Assembly: GCA_964510655.1 (NCBI GenBank)
Contig: CAZEAY010000001.1
Span: forward strand, 99,302-163,301
Length of the DNA stretch: 64,000 nt
From: an uncultured Candidatus Saccharibacteria bacterium
GTDB taxonomy: Bacteria; Patescibacteriota; Minisyncoccia; Phycocordibacterales; XYD1-FULL-46-19
Direction of reading: 5' to 3'
Shown here: positions 17,896 through 27,797 of the stretch, in pieces
Layout: each line of letters begins with the position of its first letter
How positions within the stretch are numbered: position 1 is the stretch's first letter
Translations under genes and position numbers: made by a program
The notes under the pieces: model-generated
What the model was told of the DNA's origin: nothing
Database searches by the model: none
Seen by the model: the letters and a program-made list of their open reading frames with translations, nothing else

Positions 17896-18390
17896 ATGAA
17901 ATCTTATTGTCTGACGGAGGGGCTCTTTCCTCAATCTGATCTTGACTTATTTGCCGATATCAAGATCTTAATTGAGGCAATTCCTGATGATTTAACCTTG
18001 CCCAGTGGTGATGTTCTGACTTGCCATCTTCTGGTGGCTGTCTTCCGTTGCTTATTTAAGAAGGTTAAACCGGAAACTGGATATTTCGTAACCAGTTATC
18101 GTCATTCTTGGTTTAAAACACCAAGTGGAAATGTCATTGATCTCTACCCGGTGGCTTCTGGATATGGTCCTTGGTTACTTGCTGGAGACAGAATGTCTCC
18201 CTGGAGTCGTCGGATGATGTATGAAGGAGGACACTCCCTTCGGAAGTATGAGAAATGGAAGAGTCTTGACTATCAGTATTTTTGGTTGCTCATGCTCAGT
18301 ATCACAAAGAGACTTGTTCGTGAGCGGGCAATTAAGACTGCAAACCTGAGATTTAAGTTTAAGGAGGCCAAATATAAAAGGCGACAGTGA
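17896..18390 (+). CDS. hypothetical protein (GC-richer, SD-bearing orphan)
   Basis: aaggagg 7 nt upstream of ATG; W/R-rich composition unlike the neighbours. Confidence 0.5.
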   Translation: MKSYCLTEGLFPQSDLDLFADIKILIEAIPDDLTLPSGDVLTCHLLVAVFRCLFKKVKPETGYFVTSYRHSWFKTPSGNVIDLYPVASGYGPWLLAGDRMSPWSRRMMYEGGHSLRKYEKWKSLDYQYFWLLMLSITKRLVRERAIKTANLRFKFKEAKYKRRQ

Positions 18391-18433
18391 TGTCGCCTTT
18401 AACTTTTTTTAGCTGATCAATATTTTTCTAAAA

Positions 18434-19546
18434 TTACCAGCCACGGGCTGCAGCTTGTTTTTTAAGTTCCAGCCAGGCTGGCTTATCAGCACCTTCGTAA
18501 GTTCTTAATCCAATTGAGGCGAGAAAAGCGGTAAATTGTTTGTTGCCACCACCTCCATAGAAAGTATTGAATTGGTCGGCTTGTGAGTTTGAGGTATCGT
18601 GTAGCCAAGTAAAGTCAATCATCTTAATATTTTGGCGGTATTTATCCCAGGCCGAGAAAGTACTAGCAATAAACTGACGTTGTTTCTCTGGTGAACTATT
18701 ATTAATACTGCTAGATGGATACCCAAATTGATAGAAATAAATTGGTTTTTGTGGAATCAAATTTACAAGTGTTGCAAAATCAGTTGAGACGATTGTTGGT
18801 TTTTTAACCGTGAAGTCTCCGTTTAGGGGATAGTAAGATACCCCAACAATGTCACTAGTTTGATTTATTTCCGATAGATAAGGTTTTGCATTACTGGTGA
18901 TACCACTAAAAGTTAATTCTGTTGCTACCGGTATCCCTGGGTATTTTTGGTGGACATAAGTGCTAATGGTTTTATAAAAATCAATGTATTCTCGCCAACG
19001 ATTTTTGTCGGTGCCAGCGTAAACATCTATTTCTGAACCAATAATGATTGAGGTAAATTTGACCTTATTTAGAGAAGTGAAAGTGTAATCTAGCAGTTTT
19101 TCAAACCGAGCGATGACCACCGGATCATTGAGAGCTTTGCCGGCAAGATCTTCAGGCATCATTGGTTGATTGGTGTTGATTGGTGTAATTGTTAAATCGA
19201 TCGGCATCCCTATTTCTGGGTAATAACTGTTAATGAGGGGATAAAGTGCGTGGCCGTATTTGTTGGGTGAGGTTTCGGCGTCAGTCCAGTTTATATAAAT
19301 ACCCATTTGTTGCATACCGGCAGATTTAGCCAGCGAAAAGGCTTTGCCATAGTCATTACTTTTATCCATTCCGACATCAATAGCTAGTTTTCGGTCACCT
19401 TTAGTTTGAACAGCAGTTTTGTTATTTAGGGAAGCGGTTAAATCGGCTGTCTCATCTTTTCTTACTTCTTCTTTTTTATTTAAAGATAGTAAAAGAAGAA
19501 CGACTATTATTATCCCGATGATCCAATACCATTTTTTACTTTTCAT
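18434..19546 (-). CDS. secreted TIM-barrel glycoside-hydrolase-like protein (GH5/GH113-like)
   Basis: N-terminal TM/signal; IIGSEID and downstream aromatic-rich strands suggest a beta/alpha-barrel glycosidase; family not certain. Confidence 0.45.
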   Translation of the reverse strand: MKSKKWYWIIGIIIVVLLLLSLNKKEEVRKDETADLTASLNNKTAVQTKGDRKLAIDVGMDKSNDYGKAFSLAKSAGMQQMGIYINWTDAETSPNKYGHALYPLINSYYPEIGMPIDLTITPINTNQPMMPEDLAGKALNDPVVIARFEKLLDYTFTSLNKVKFTSIIIGSEIDVYAGTDKNRWREYIDFYKTISTYVHQKYPGIPVATELTFSGITSNAKPYLSEINQTSDIVGVSYYPLNGDFTVKKPTIVSTDFATLVNLIPQKPIYFYQFGYPSSSINNSSPEKQRQFIASTFSAWDKYRQNIKMIDFTWLHDTSNSQADQFNTFYGGGGNKQFTAFLASIGLRTYEGADKPAWLELKKQAAARGW

Positions 19547-19691
19547 ATTTGTTATTATTTATGCCTGTTAATCACTTAAGGGATAGCATAACATAAGCAA
19601 TTTTTTATCTCTATTTTTAGTGTTAATTAATAAGGTGCTTTAGATTGATTTTTTGTCAAAAAAAGGTAGAATAGAAAATGTTGTTATATTT

Positions 19692-19773
19692 GCCTGGGTG
19701 GCGGAATTGGTATACGCGCACGACTCAAAATCGTGTCTCGCAAGGGATGGAGGTTCGAGTCCTCTCCCAGGCA
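19692..19773 (+). tRNA. tRNA-Leu (anticodon CAA), type II
   Basis: gcctgggtggcggaattggtatacgcgcacgacuCAAaatcg...ggttcgagtcctctcccaggca. Confidence 0.85.
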
Positions 19774-19776
19774 CAA

Positions 19777-19800
19777 ATAATCGGCGTGAGCCGATTTTTT
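19777..19800 (+). terminator. Rho-independent terminator after tRNA-Leu(CAA), nested in a larger imperfect palindrome (19765-19811) that includes the tRNA 3' end
   Basis: aatcggc-gtga-gccgatt followed by ttttttt; outer arms tcccaggcacaaa / tttgtgcctggga. Confidence 0.75.
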
Positions 19801-20016
19801 TGTGCCTGGGAAGCAAAGTGGAACTTTGCGTCAGGACTCGAAAAGCGGAGTGGGGTACCCATTCAGTAGAATGGGTCGCGAGCTGCGGACACGACCAAAA
19901 TGAGCGACGGTGAATTTTGAGTCGCGGAAGAGTCCTCTGTTGAAATGTATAGTCTTGAAAGACCTTCCTTGGAACCTAGTTTTATTTTTATCTTCTTATG
20001 TTAAAATATACTCAAT

Positions 20017-21003
20017 ATGGCTGAACGTGTAGAACGCCCAATGGACGCTATCTTTTGGATAGACGTTGATAAAATTAGAGCTAATCCCTTCCAACCAAGG
20101 ACGGAATTTAATCAAGACCGTTTGCGTGATTTAGCCGACTCTATTCGTCAGTATGGTGTTTTACAGCCTCTGGTTGTCACTAGAAAAGAAGTGGAAAGAG
20201 AAGACGGTGGTTTGTCGACCGAGTATGAATTAATCGCCGGAGAACGTCGTTGGCGAGCCTCACAGATTGCTGGTTTGACCCAGGTTCCAGCCCTTATTCG
20301 AACAGGGGACGAAAGTGATAAGCTGAAGCTGGAAATGGCGATTATTGAAAACCTACAACGTGAAGATTTAAATCCTGTCGATCGGGCCGTCGCTTTTTCT
20401 AAACTTTCTAATGAATTTGGTTTGAAACATGTTGATATTGCCAAGCGGGTTGGTAAAAGTCGCGAATATGTTTCTAACTCGATTCGAATCATGGGCTTAC
20501 CGCAAGAAATGCTAGATGCGGTTGTTACGCGTAAAATAACTGAAGGTCACACCAAACCTCTCTTGATGTTGGTGGATTATCCCGAAGAGCAAGTTACTTT
20601 ATTTAAAGAAATTTTATTAAAACACTTAACTGTTCGCGAGGCGGAAGCTAATGCTCGGCGGATCGCCTTTGATCGAGTGCGTAAAAAAGAACGAATGGTT
20701 GATCCGGGGATTATTGATATTGAACAACGTCTCACCGAAAAATATGGTACACGGGTCAAGGTAGAAAAACGCGACAATGACGGTGGTCGAGTAACCATCG
20801 ACTTCTTCTCCAGTGATGATTTGGGAAAAATTTTACAAATGTTGGAAAATTCTCGCGAACTCAAAAATTTACCGGAAATACAGCCTGTTACCGGTGAATC
20901 TCTTCCTTCGGATATGGCAGGAGAGTTTCCTAATGCTGATGTTCCAACTGAACCAAAACAAGCTGACGAAGATTTGTATTTTGTAAAAAACTTCTCATTG
21001 TAA
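20017..21003 (+). CDS. parB: chromosome partitioning protein ParB/Spo0J
   Basis: ParB box motifs LQPLVV and IAGERRWRA, HTH region, C-terminal dimerisation domain. Confidence 0.85.
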   Translation: MAERVERPMDAIFWIDVDKIRANPFQPRTEFNQDRLRDLADSIRQYGVLQPLVVTRKEVEREDGGLSTEYELIAGERRWRASQIAGLTQVPALIRTGDESDKLKLEMAIIENLQREDLNPVDRAVAFSKLSNEFGLKHVDIAKRVGKSREYVSNSIRIMGLPQEMLDAVVTRKITEGHTKPLLMLVDYPEEQVTLFKEILLKHLTVREAEANARRIAFDRVRKKERMVDPGIIDIEQRLTEKYGTRVKVEKRDNDGGRVTIDFFSSDDLGKILQMLENSRELKNLPEIQPVTGESLPSDMAGEFPNADVPTEPKQADEDLYFVKNFSL

Positions 21004-21177
21004 ATATCCTGTCTTAGGTTGGAGGACTAGGCTCCGATTTGTTTTTGGTTTTTTTATTTTTAAGCGGAGCGAGCCTAACTATTTTGTGGATGCTCTCGGA
21101 AGCGCGAAGGCGCTGAGGGTGAACAAAAATCTAGTAAGATTTTATGTGTCTTCCACAAAAGGTTGGGCGAGCGACTT

Positions 21178-22674
21178 CTATTTTGTAAAGAATTTCTCAA
21201 TATAGGTTTTAACCACACCTTTTTTCTCTGTTTGAGGCAGGGTATTTCTAATGTGTTTTTTAGCAAGAGAAGTTTTTACGTAGTCTAACCATTTCGCGGT
21301 TGGATGACTAGTTTTCTTTGTTTCAATTTTGACCGTACTTTTATTTTTTATTTCTGTATCGAGTGAGACAAATTTTCCATCCATCCAGGCTCCCGAAGTG
21401 TGGTCACCAATATCGGAGTGAATAGCATAAGCAAAATCTAACATCGTAGCCCCTTTTGGTAGTTCTACTACATCACCCTTGGGTGTGAAAACGAAAATAC
21501 GATCTTGGATAAAATCGGTTTTTAAAGCATGTAAAAATTCGGAAGATTCCTTCACTTCTTTTTGCCATTCAATAAGTTCATGAATCCATTTCACACTTTT
21601 TGCCAGTTTCTTTTCGCCGCTAAGTTTTTTTGGTTTACCGGTCTCATCATAAAGAATGTGTGAAGCGGCTCCATATTCGGCTTCATGGTGCATTTCTTTA
21701 GACCGAATTTGAATTTCGACAATATTGCCTTCACCAGTAAAAACTGCGGTGTGAATACTTTGGTAACCATTAGGTTTTTCGTTGGCAATATAATCTTTTA
21801 GTTTGCCGGGGACGGGGCGCCAGAGGCCGTGGACAAGACCTAATACTTGATAACATTGCTCGGCCGATTCCACAATGACTCTTAAAGCCGAAATATCATA
21901 AATACTATCAATATTCATATTATTTCTCTTTAGTTTGGCGTAGAGGCTGTAAAGATACTTAATACGATAGTCGATAATAAAATTTTTGAATTTGTGTTCG
22001 GTTAGGGTTGTTTGTAGGGTACGATAAATTTTTTCAAGTCGTTTAATTGTTTCTCGTCCTTTAGTTTTACGTAAAGATACCACCGATTTATATTCAGCGG
22101 GATAAGCATAGGGAAAACTGGCATCTTCTAGGAGACCTTTCATTTTCCACATACCCAAACGGTTAGCTAGGGGGGCATAAATTTCTAGGGTTTCCAGAGC
22201 AATTCTTTTTTGTTTTTCTGGTTCGACGTATTGTAAGGTGCGGACATTGTGAAGACGATCAGCCAAACGAATGACAATGATTCTAATGTCTTCAGCCATC
22301 GCCACAAACAACTTACGCAAACTTTCCACATGACGAACGACACCTTTGTATTTTAGTTCTCCTAATTTTGTTACCCCGTCAACCATAAAGGCGACAGTTT
22401 TTCCAAAATCTTTTTCAATATCTTTTAAGGTAATTCCAGTATCTTCGACGGTGTCATGTAATAGCCCAGCCGCAATTGTTTCGGCATCAGCTCCAAAGCT
22501 GGCAAGAATAATTGCGACATTATAAGGGTGCACAATATATGGTTCACCAGATTTTCGTCTTTGATCCTCGTGGGCTTTTTGGGCAAAGAAAAAAGCTTTC
22601 GTGACTAGTTCACGGTCTTTTTCGGTCGGGTTTTTCATTAAAACCACAATATCTTTAGGCTCTAGGGGGGCCAT
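21178..22674 (-). CDS. rel: bifunctional (p)ppGpp synthetase/hydrolase (RelA/SpoT homolog, short form)
   Basis: HD motif HDTVEDT, synthetase motif YQSIHTAV...RSKEMH, TGS domain FVFTPKGDVVELPKGATMLDFAYAIH; no ACT domain. Confidence 0.85.
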   Translation of the reverse strand: MAPLEPKDIVVLMKNPTEKDRELVTKAFFFAQKAHEDQRRKSGEPYIVHPYNVAIILASFGADAETIAAGLLHDTVEDTGITLKDIEKDFGKTVAFMVDGVTKLGELKYKGVVRHVESLRKLFVAMAEDIRIIVIRLADRLHNVRTLQYVEPEKQKRIALETLEIYAPLANRLGMWKMKGLLEDASFPYAYPAEYKSVVSLRKTKGRETIKRLEKIYRTLQTTLTEHKFKNFIIDYRIKYLYSLYAKLKRNNMNIDSIYDISALRVIVESAEQCYQVLGLVHGLWRPVPGKLKDYIANEKPNGYQSIHTAVFTGEGNIVEIQIRSKEMHHEAEYGAASHILYDETGKPKKLSGEKKLAKSVKWIHELIEWQKEVKESSEFLHALKTDFIQDRIFVFTPKGDVVELPKGATMLDFAYAIHSDIGDHTSGAWMDGKFVSLDTEIKNKSTVKIETKKTSHPTAKWLDYVKTSLAKKHIRNTLPQTEKKGVVKTYIEKFFTK

Positions 22675-22787
22675 AATATTCGCATTGTAACACTAAATAT
22701 CTAATGCGGACAATCCTAAATTTAAAGCTCTAACCTCTAGATAAACCTAAATATTAAAAAATAAAGTTTTAAGATTTATTATTTAAC

Positions 22788-22845
22788 TTATGCGGATTAT
22801 GATTTGGACAATTTTTATCACTGCATCTTTCTGGGATAGTTTTTG
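22788..22845. repeat. 58-bp direct repeat, copy 1
   Basis: ttatgcggattatgatttggacaatttttatcactgcatctttctgggatagtttttg; second copy at 22990-23047 with one mismatch. Confidence 0.9.
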
Positions 22846-22989
22846 GTCACAGATAATTTCTTCGCCGTCGCTCAGAAATTTCCGCTACCCCGGCTCGCGA
22901 TTCGCCCTACTGGCCTCATATTGCTCCGCCCGACAAAAACTAGTAGCACACGCAACTCAGGTTGCGTGTTTCCTTTCTAATTTTTTAGT

Positions 22990-23047
22990 TTATGCGGATT
23001 ATGATTTGGGCAATTTTTATCACTGCATCTTTCTGGGATAGTTTTTG
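22990..23047. repeat. 58-bp direct repeat, copy 2
   Basis: Identical except ggaca to gggca; the 144-bp spacer holds a GC-rich hairpin acacgcaac...gttgcgtgt. Confidence 0.9.
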
Positions 23048-23184
23048 TCCCATCTCCCACTTTAACTTTGGTATAGCGCCTCTGCTGTTTGGAATACATC
23101 AGATCAAATACTTTTCAAATGATAACTCTCTTTCTGGCGGGTATTTTGGAATTTGACGCAATTAAGAGAATACCAAAGTTAATG

Positions 23185-25431
23185 TTAGGACTGCGGAACG
23201 GGTGGGTTATCTATTTTATCTGGCCGGTGATTGGGGCATGTCTTGTCACTACAGCGGTCTGGTATCCGTTTAGTTCCTTGCATCATTAGATGAGTGCAGG
23301 GACCAGTTTCTCTCATATATCCACAAATTTTTCCGGTTGGTTTGGTTTTAATTATATTTTTACATTTTGGATAATTGGAACAGCCGTAAAAAACTCCAAA
23401 TCGTCCACGTTTTTCTACCATGGTTCCAGCCTTACATTCTGGACACTCTACCCCTGTGTCGCCCGGGTTCGTTCCGTCAGCATTTTCAGATTTTCGAATA
23501 TATTTACACTTTGGATAACGAGCGCAAGCGATAAATAAACCAAACCGTCCTTCTCGTTCGATGAGTTCACCCTCTCCACACTCTGGGCATTTTTCCCCAA
23601 TCTCTTTTGGTGCTTCCATTTCCGTTCCGTCAATCTTTCGGGCTCCAATACAATCGGGAAATTTGGCACAACTGTAAAATTTACCTGAGCGAGCCAGTTT
23701 TACAATCATAGGACCACTACAGACTGGGCAAACTATTTCAGTTGGGGCCTGGCCAAGATCAGAAATTTTGGGAATATCTTTTTTAGAGTCTACTTCTTTT
23801 TTAAATGGACCGTAAAAATCTTTTAGTGTTTTTAGATAGCTGCGGTTACCACTGGCAATTTCATCTAGTTCGTTCTCCATTTCAGCGGTAAATTCATCAC
23901 TAATATATTTTTCAAAATATTGTGATAAGAAGTCGCTGACCACTTCACCGGTTTCTGTAGGAACTAAAGCCCGCTGGTCTTTAACAACATAGCCACGACT
24001 GACAATGGTCTGAATGATGGCGGCGTAGGTACTTGGCCGGCCGATGCCTCTTTTTTCTAATTCTTTAACTAAACCAGCTTCACTGAAGCGTGCTGGTGGT
24101 TCAGTTTCTTTGCCAGTTGAGGTTATCTCTTCTAGCTTCAATTTATCACCAACCGCTATCTTTGGTAGTATTACATCTTCACTGGCCGATTTTGGGTCAG
24201 CTAAAAGCCAACCCGGAGACATAATTCGAGAACCGTTGGTACTAAAAATTGGTATTTTTTTGTTGTCGGCTTCAGCGTCTATTCTAGTGCGCATTATCAA
24301 AGCCTCAGCCATTTGGCTAGCGACGGCCCGGGACCAAATGAGTTCGTAAAGTTTCTGCTCTTGCGGACTTTGGCTGACCTTTAGTTTTTCCACGTGAGTT
24401 GGTCGGATTGCTTCGTGGGCTTCTTGAGCATTTTTACTTTTGGAGGAAAAACTTCGAGGTGTTGAAAGTTTTTCTCCAAATTTATTTTTTATCAAATTAC
24501 CGATTTCACTCACAGCTAAAGCGCTTAGATTGGTACTATCGGTACGCATATAAGTAATATGACCGGCTTCATACAGTTTTTGGGCCAAGCGCATAGTGAT
24601 CGATGGCGAGTAACCTAGGCGACTGGAAGCGACCTGTTGCAGGGTGGAAGTCGTGAAGGGTGGACGAGCGGAACGTTTTGTTTCTTTTTCTTCAATATTT
24701 GAGACTACCCATGAGGCTTTTTTACTACTCTCTACAATTTCTAATGCTTCTTTTTCTGTTTTTGGCTCTAGTTTGCAGGTGAAAGGAATCTTTGTTCCAG
24801 ATATCTTGTCAGCACTCATGATGGAATTGATCACCCAGAAAGCTTCCGGTACAAAAGCCCGGATTTCTTTTTCTCGTTCTACAATCATACGGAGAGCGGG
24901 GGACTGTACTCGTCCAGCGGATAAACCGTAACGTAGTTTTTTCCAGATCAAACCAGAAAGATCATAGCCAAAGATCCGGTCCAAGACCCGCCGTGCCTCT
25001 TGAGCTTGTCGTAAGTCGTCATCTATTTTTCGGGGATGTTTGATGGCTTCCTGGACGGCTCCTTCGGTAATTTCATGAAAGACTACTCGTTCGGGATTTT
25101 TCAGATCAAGCGCTTCTTTGATATGCCAAGCAATGGCTTCACCTTCGCGATCGGGGTCAGTGGCTAGTAATATTTCACTCGCCTGTTTAGCTAAACTTTT
25201 TAGTTCACTAACGACTTTTTCTTTGCCGGGAGAAATTTCATAAAAGGGAACAAATCCCGCCGGGATATCAATCGCTTTTTTGCTGGATTTTGGTAGATCA
25301 CGAATATGCCCAACCGAAGCGCGGACTGTATATTCATCGTTTAAATACTTACTGATTGTTTTGGCTTTGGCCGGGGATTCAACAATCAATAATTTAATTT
25401 TGTTTTTTATTTTAGACATTGGTGAAACCAC
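23185..25431 (-). CDS. topA: DNA topoisomerase I
   Basis: TOPRIM LLIVESPAKAKTI, catalytic Tyr region, several C-terminal C4 zinc ribbons (CPVCSGPM..., CPECGEG..., CPECKAG...). Confidence 0.9.
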   Translation of the reverse strand: MVSPMSKIKNKIKLLIVESPAKAKTISKYLNDEYTVRASVGHIRDLPKSSKKAIDIPAGFVPFYEISPGKEKVVSELKSLAKQASEILLATDPDREGEAIAWHIKEALDLKNPERVVFHEITEGAVQEAIKHPRKIDDDLRQAQEARRVLDRIFGYDLSGLIWKKLRYGLSAGRVQSPALRMIVEREKEIRAFVPEAFWVINSIMSADKISGTKIPFTCKLEPKTEKEALEIVESSKKASWVVSNIEEKETKRSARPPFTTSTLQQVASSRLGYSPSITMRLAQKLYEAGHITYMRTDSTNLSALAVSEIGNLIKNKFGEKLSTPRSFSSKSKNAQEAHEAIRPTHVEKLKVSQSPQEQKLYELIWSRAVASQMAEALIMRTRIDAEADNKKIPIFSTNGSRIMSPGWLLADPKSASEDVILPKIAVGDKLKLEEITSTGKETEPPARFSEAGLVKELEKRGIGRPSTYAAIIQTIVSRGYVVKDQRALVPTETGEVVSDFLSQYFEKYISDEFTAEMENELDEIASGNRSYLKTLKDFYGPFKKEVDSKKDIPKISDLGQAPTEIVCPVCSGPMIVKLARSGKFYSCAKFPDCIGARKIDGTEMEAPKEIGEKCPECGEGELIEREGRFGLFIACARYPKCKYIRKSENADGTNPGDTGVECPECKAGTMVEKRGRFGVFYGCSNYPKCKNIIKTKPTGKICGYMRETGPCTHLMMQGTKRIPDRCSDKTCPNHRPDKIDNPPVPQS

Positions 25432-25468
25432 AATATAGTACGGAAGCGGAATGTTGTCAAAAATACTT

Positions 25469-26341
25469 TTAATTTAACCTAATTTCTCCGCCAGTTTCTT
25501 TGATCACCCCTTTGATCTCTAAAATCATTAAAATCGAGTTTCCTTCACTGGTGCTTATTTGGGTTTGGCGGATGATTTCATCCCGTGACAGAGGCTCAGT
25601 TTTTAATAATTCAACAATTTTTTTCTCAGATGGAGAAAGGTCGTCAAACAATTTTTGTTGGTTATCTTCATTTGGATGCCCGACCTCCAAGTGAAGGGCT
25701 TCTAGAATATCAGTGCTGGTTAGAATTGGAGTGGCTCCTTGTTGAATAAGTTTATTTGTTCCACTTGAGCTGGGTGAAAAAATCGAGCCTGGTACCGCTA
25801 AAACATCTCGGTTATAGTCTAGAGCTAAGCGGGCAGTGATTAGGGTCCCAGATTTTTCAGTCGCCTCTATTATTAGGGTAGCCTGGGAAAGGCCTGCCAT
25901 GAGACGGTTTCGTTTAGGGAAACTCCACACCGTTGGTCTTTCAGTTGGTTCAGATTCTGACAGGAGACAACCACCAGCGTCTAGTATTTTTGTGGCTAGT
26001 TGTCTATTAATAGAAGGATACAAGACTCGGTGGTCTAAACCGGAGCCAGGGATAGCTAAAGTCAGAAGTCCAGCCTTTAAAGCTGCTTGGTGGGCGATAG
26101 TGTCGATACCAAGCGCTAAACCAGAGACAATGACAATTGGGTAGCCGGCCAGACCAGCGATTAATTTTTCGCAGACATCTTTTCCGTAGGAGGAAAATTT
26201 ACGGGAGCCAACGACCGCCAAAAAAATATATTTATTTGGATCAGGTAGATCTCCTTGCAGATAAAGACTGGTTGGCGGTTGGGGAATTTCTAGTAAAGCC
26301 TTGGGTATATCTTTTGAGGTCAATTTAATTATGGGGAGCAT
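25469..26341 (-). CDS. dprA: DNA processing protein DprA/Smf
   Basis: Rossmann-like core VVGSRKFSSYG...IVSGLALGIDTIAHQAAL...GTLITA and a C-terminal winged helix. Confidence 0.85.
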   Translation of the reverse strand: MLPIIKLTSKDIPKALLEIPQPPTSLYLQGDLPDPNKYIFLAVVGSRKFSSYGKDVCEKLIAGLAGYPIVIVSGLALGIDTIAHQAALKAGLLTLAIPGSGLDHRVLYPSINRQLATKILDAGGCLLSESEPTERPTVWSFPKRNRLMAGLSQATLIIEATEKSGTLITARLALDYNRDVLAVPGSIFSPSSSGTNKLIQQGATPILTSTDILEALHLEVGHPNEDNQQKLFDDLSPSEKKIVELLKTEPLSRDEIIRQTQISTSEGNSILMILEIKGVIKETGGEIRLN

Positions 26342-26537
26342 CTTAGTTAATTGATTTTAACATACTTAGGCTTTGCAATGCCAAATTTCAAATTATAAAT
26401 GTCAAAAAAAATTAAACGAATAAACTAAGTCTTGGATTTTGATCTCAATTTGACATTTAAAATTTGACATTTGAAATTGTACTGTAACAAGAACTAGTAT
26501 TTTCTTTTCCCTCAGTTCTTGTTATAGTATTTACACT

Positions 26538-27797
26538 ATGTTAGACATAAAATTCATTAGGGAGAATAAGGAGTTGGTAGCGGACGCGGCTCGCAAGAAG
26601 TTGATCGATTTTTCTGTCGATGAACTTTTAGCTATTGACGACGAGCGAATCAAGACCCTTCAATTGGTTGAGGCCGCTCGGGCCAAACAAAACGAAGTCA
26701 GTAATCAGATTGTTTCGGCTGACCAGGTGACTAAAGAAAAATTGATCTACTCCATGAAGGAGGTGAAAGAGGAATTAAGTAAAGATGAGGAACTATTAAA
26801 AGAGGTGATGAAAAAGTGGCAAGCCCTAATGGTTAAGGTGCCAAACATTCCTGATATGTCAGTTCCCGAAGGAAAGGATGATAGTGAAAATGTTGAAATT
26901 TCCTCTTGGGGTGAAAAACCACAGTTTAAATTTACTCCAAAGAGTCATATTGATCTGATGCAAGATCAGCATATGGTAGATTTGGAGCGCGGAGCGAAAG
27001 TATCTGGTTTTCGTGGTTACTTTTTGAAAAACGACGCGGTTATGTTGTCTTTTGCTTTGTGGCAATATACGTTGGAGGTTTTGCAAAAGGATGGTTTTAA
27101 GCCAATGTTGGTCCCCGCCCTAGTTAGACCAGAACCATTTTACGGTACAGGTTACCTGCCTCAAGGAGAGGAAGATTTATATAAAACTCAAGATGGTGAT
27201 TTTATGGCCGGAACAGCAGAGGTTGGTACGATGGGCTATTTGATGGGTGAGACTTTGGATAAAAAAGATTTGCCAAAACTTTGGGTCTCATTTTCTCCTT
27301 GTTATCGGCGTGAGGCTGGCAGTCATGGTAAAGATACGCGAGGCCTTATTCGTTTGCATGAATTTTATAAAGTTGAGCAAGTGATTCTTTGTGAAGCTGA
27401 TCATGAAACAAGCGTGCGCTGGCATGAGGCTTTGCGCGAGAATGCGGAAAAAATTATGCAGGGCTTGGGTCTGCCTTATCATGTCGTGGTTAACTGCACT
27501 GGTGATTTGGGTCAGGGTCAGGTAAAAAAATATGACATTGAAGCTTGGGTCCCATCGGAAAATAAGTATCGCGAGACCCATTCTATTTCTTACTTTAATG
27601 ATTTTCAAACTCGTCGGTTAAATTTGAAATATAAGGACGAAGAGGGGAAGACCCGTTTTGCCCACTCTTTAAACGGAACAGCTTTGGCTTCACCGCGTAT
27701 CATTGTGCCTTTGATAGAACATTATCAAAATGAAGATGGTTCTATCACTATCCCTGAAGTCTTACGTAAGTACATGGGGAAAGACGTGATTCGTTAA
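26538..27797 (+). CDS. serS: seryl-tRNA synthetase
   Basis: N-terminal coiled coil; class II motifs FRGYFLKND, GTAEV, CYRRE; -10-like TATAGT 9 nt before the ATG, so possibly leaderless. Confidence 0.9.
   Translation: MLDIKFIRENKELVADAARKKLIDFSVDELLAIDDERIKTLQLVEAARAKQNEVSNQIVSADQVTKEKLIYSMKEVKEELSKDEELLKEVMKKWQALMVKVPNIPDMSVPEGKDDSENVEISSWGEKPQFKFTPKSHIDLMQDQHMVDLERGAKVSGFRGYFLKNDAVMLSFALWQYTLEVLQKDGFKPMLVPALVRPEPFYGTGYLPQGEEDLYKTQDGDFMAGTAEVGTMGYLMGETLDKKDLPKLWVSFSPCYRREAGSHGKDTRGLIRLHEFYKVEQVILCEADHETSVRWHEALRENAEKIMQGLGLPYHVVVNCTGDLGQGQVKKYDIEAWVPSENKYRETHSISYFNDFQTRRLNLKYKDEEGKTRFAHSLNGTALASPRIIVPLIEHYQNEDGSITIPEVLRKYMGKDVIR

Noticed and set aside
19820-19900. SRP (4.5S) RNA in the parB leader
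   Set aside because: Only a loose resemblance to the helix-8 GUCAGG...GGAA...AGCA motif. I cannot fold a convincing domain IV; left as an unclassified structured region.
19653-19913. ORFs 19653-19913(+) and 19678-19869(+)
   Set aside because: They overlap tRNA-Leu(CAA) and its terminator.
21018-21052. Terminator after parB
   Set aside because: Only a 4-bp stem (ggag/ctcc) before the T-run, too weak to call confidently.
22790-23289. ORFs 22790-23041(+) and 23089-23289(+)
   Set aside because: The first spans the two 58-bp repeats. The second overlaps the topA 3' end on the opposite strand. Neither shows a coding signature.
23290-24931. Plus-strand ORFs inside topA (23290-23538, 24044-24349, 24644-24931)
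   Set aside because: They are antisense to a strongly supported CDS.
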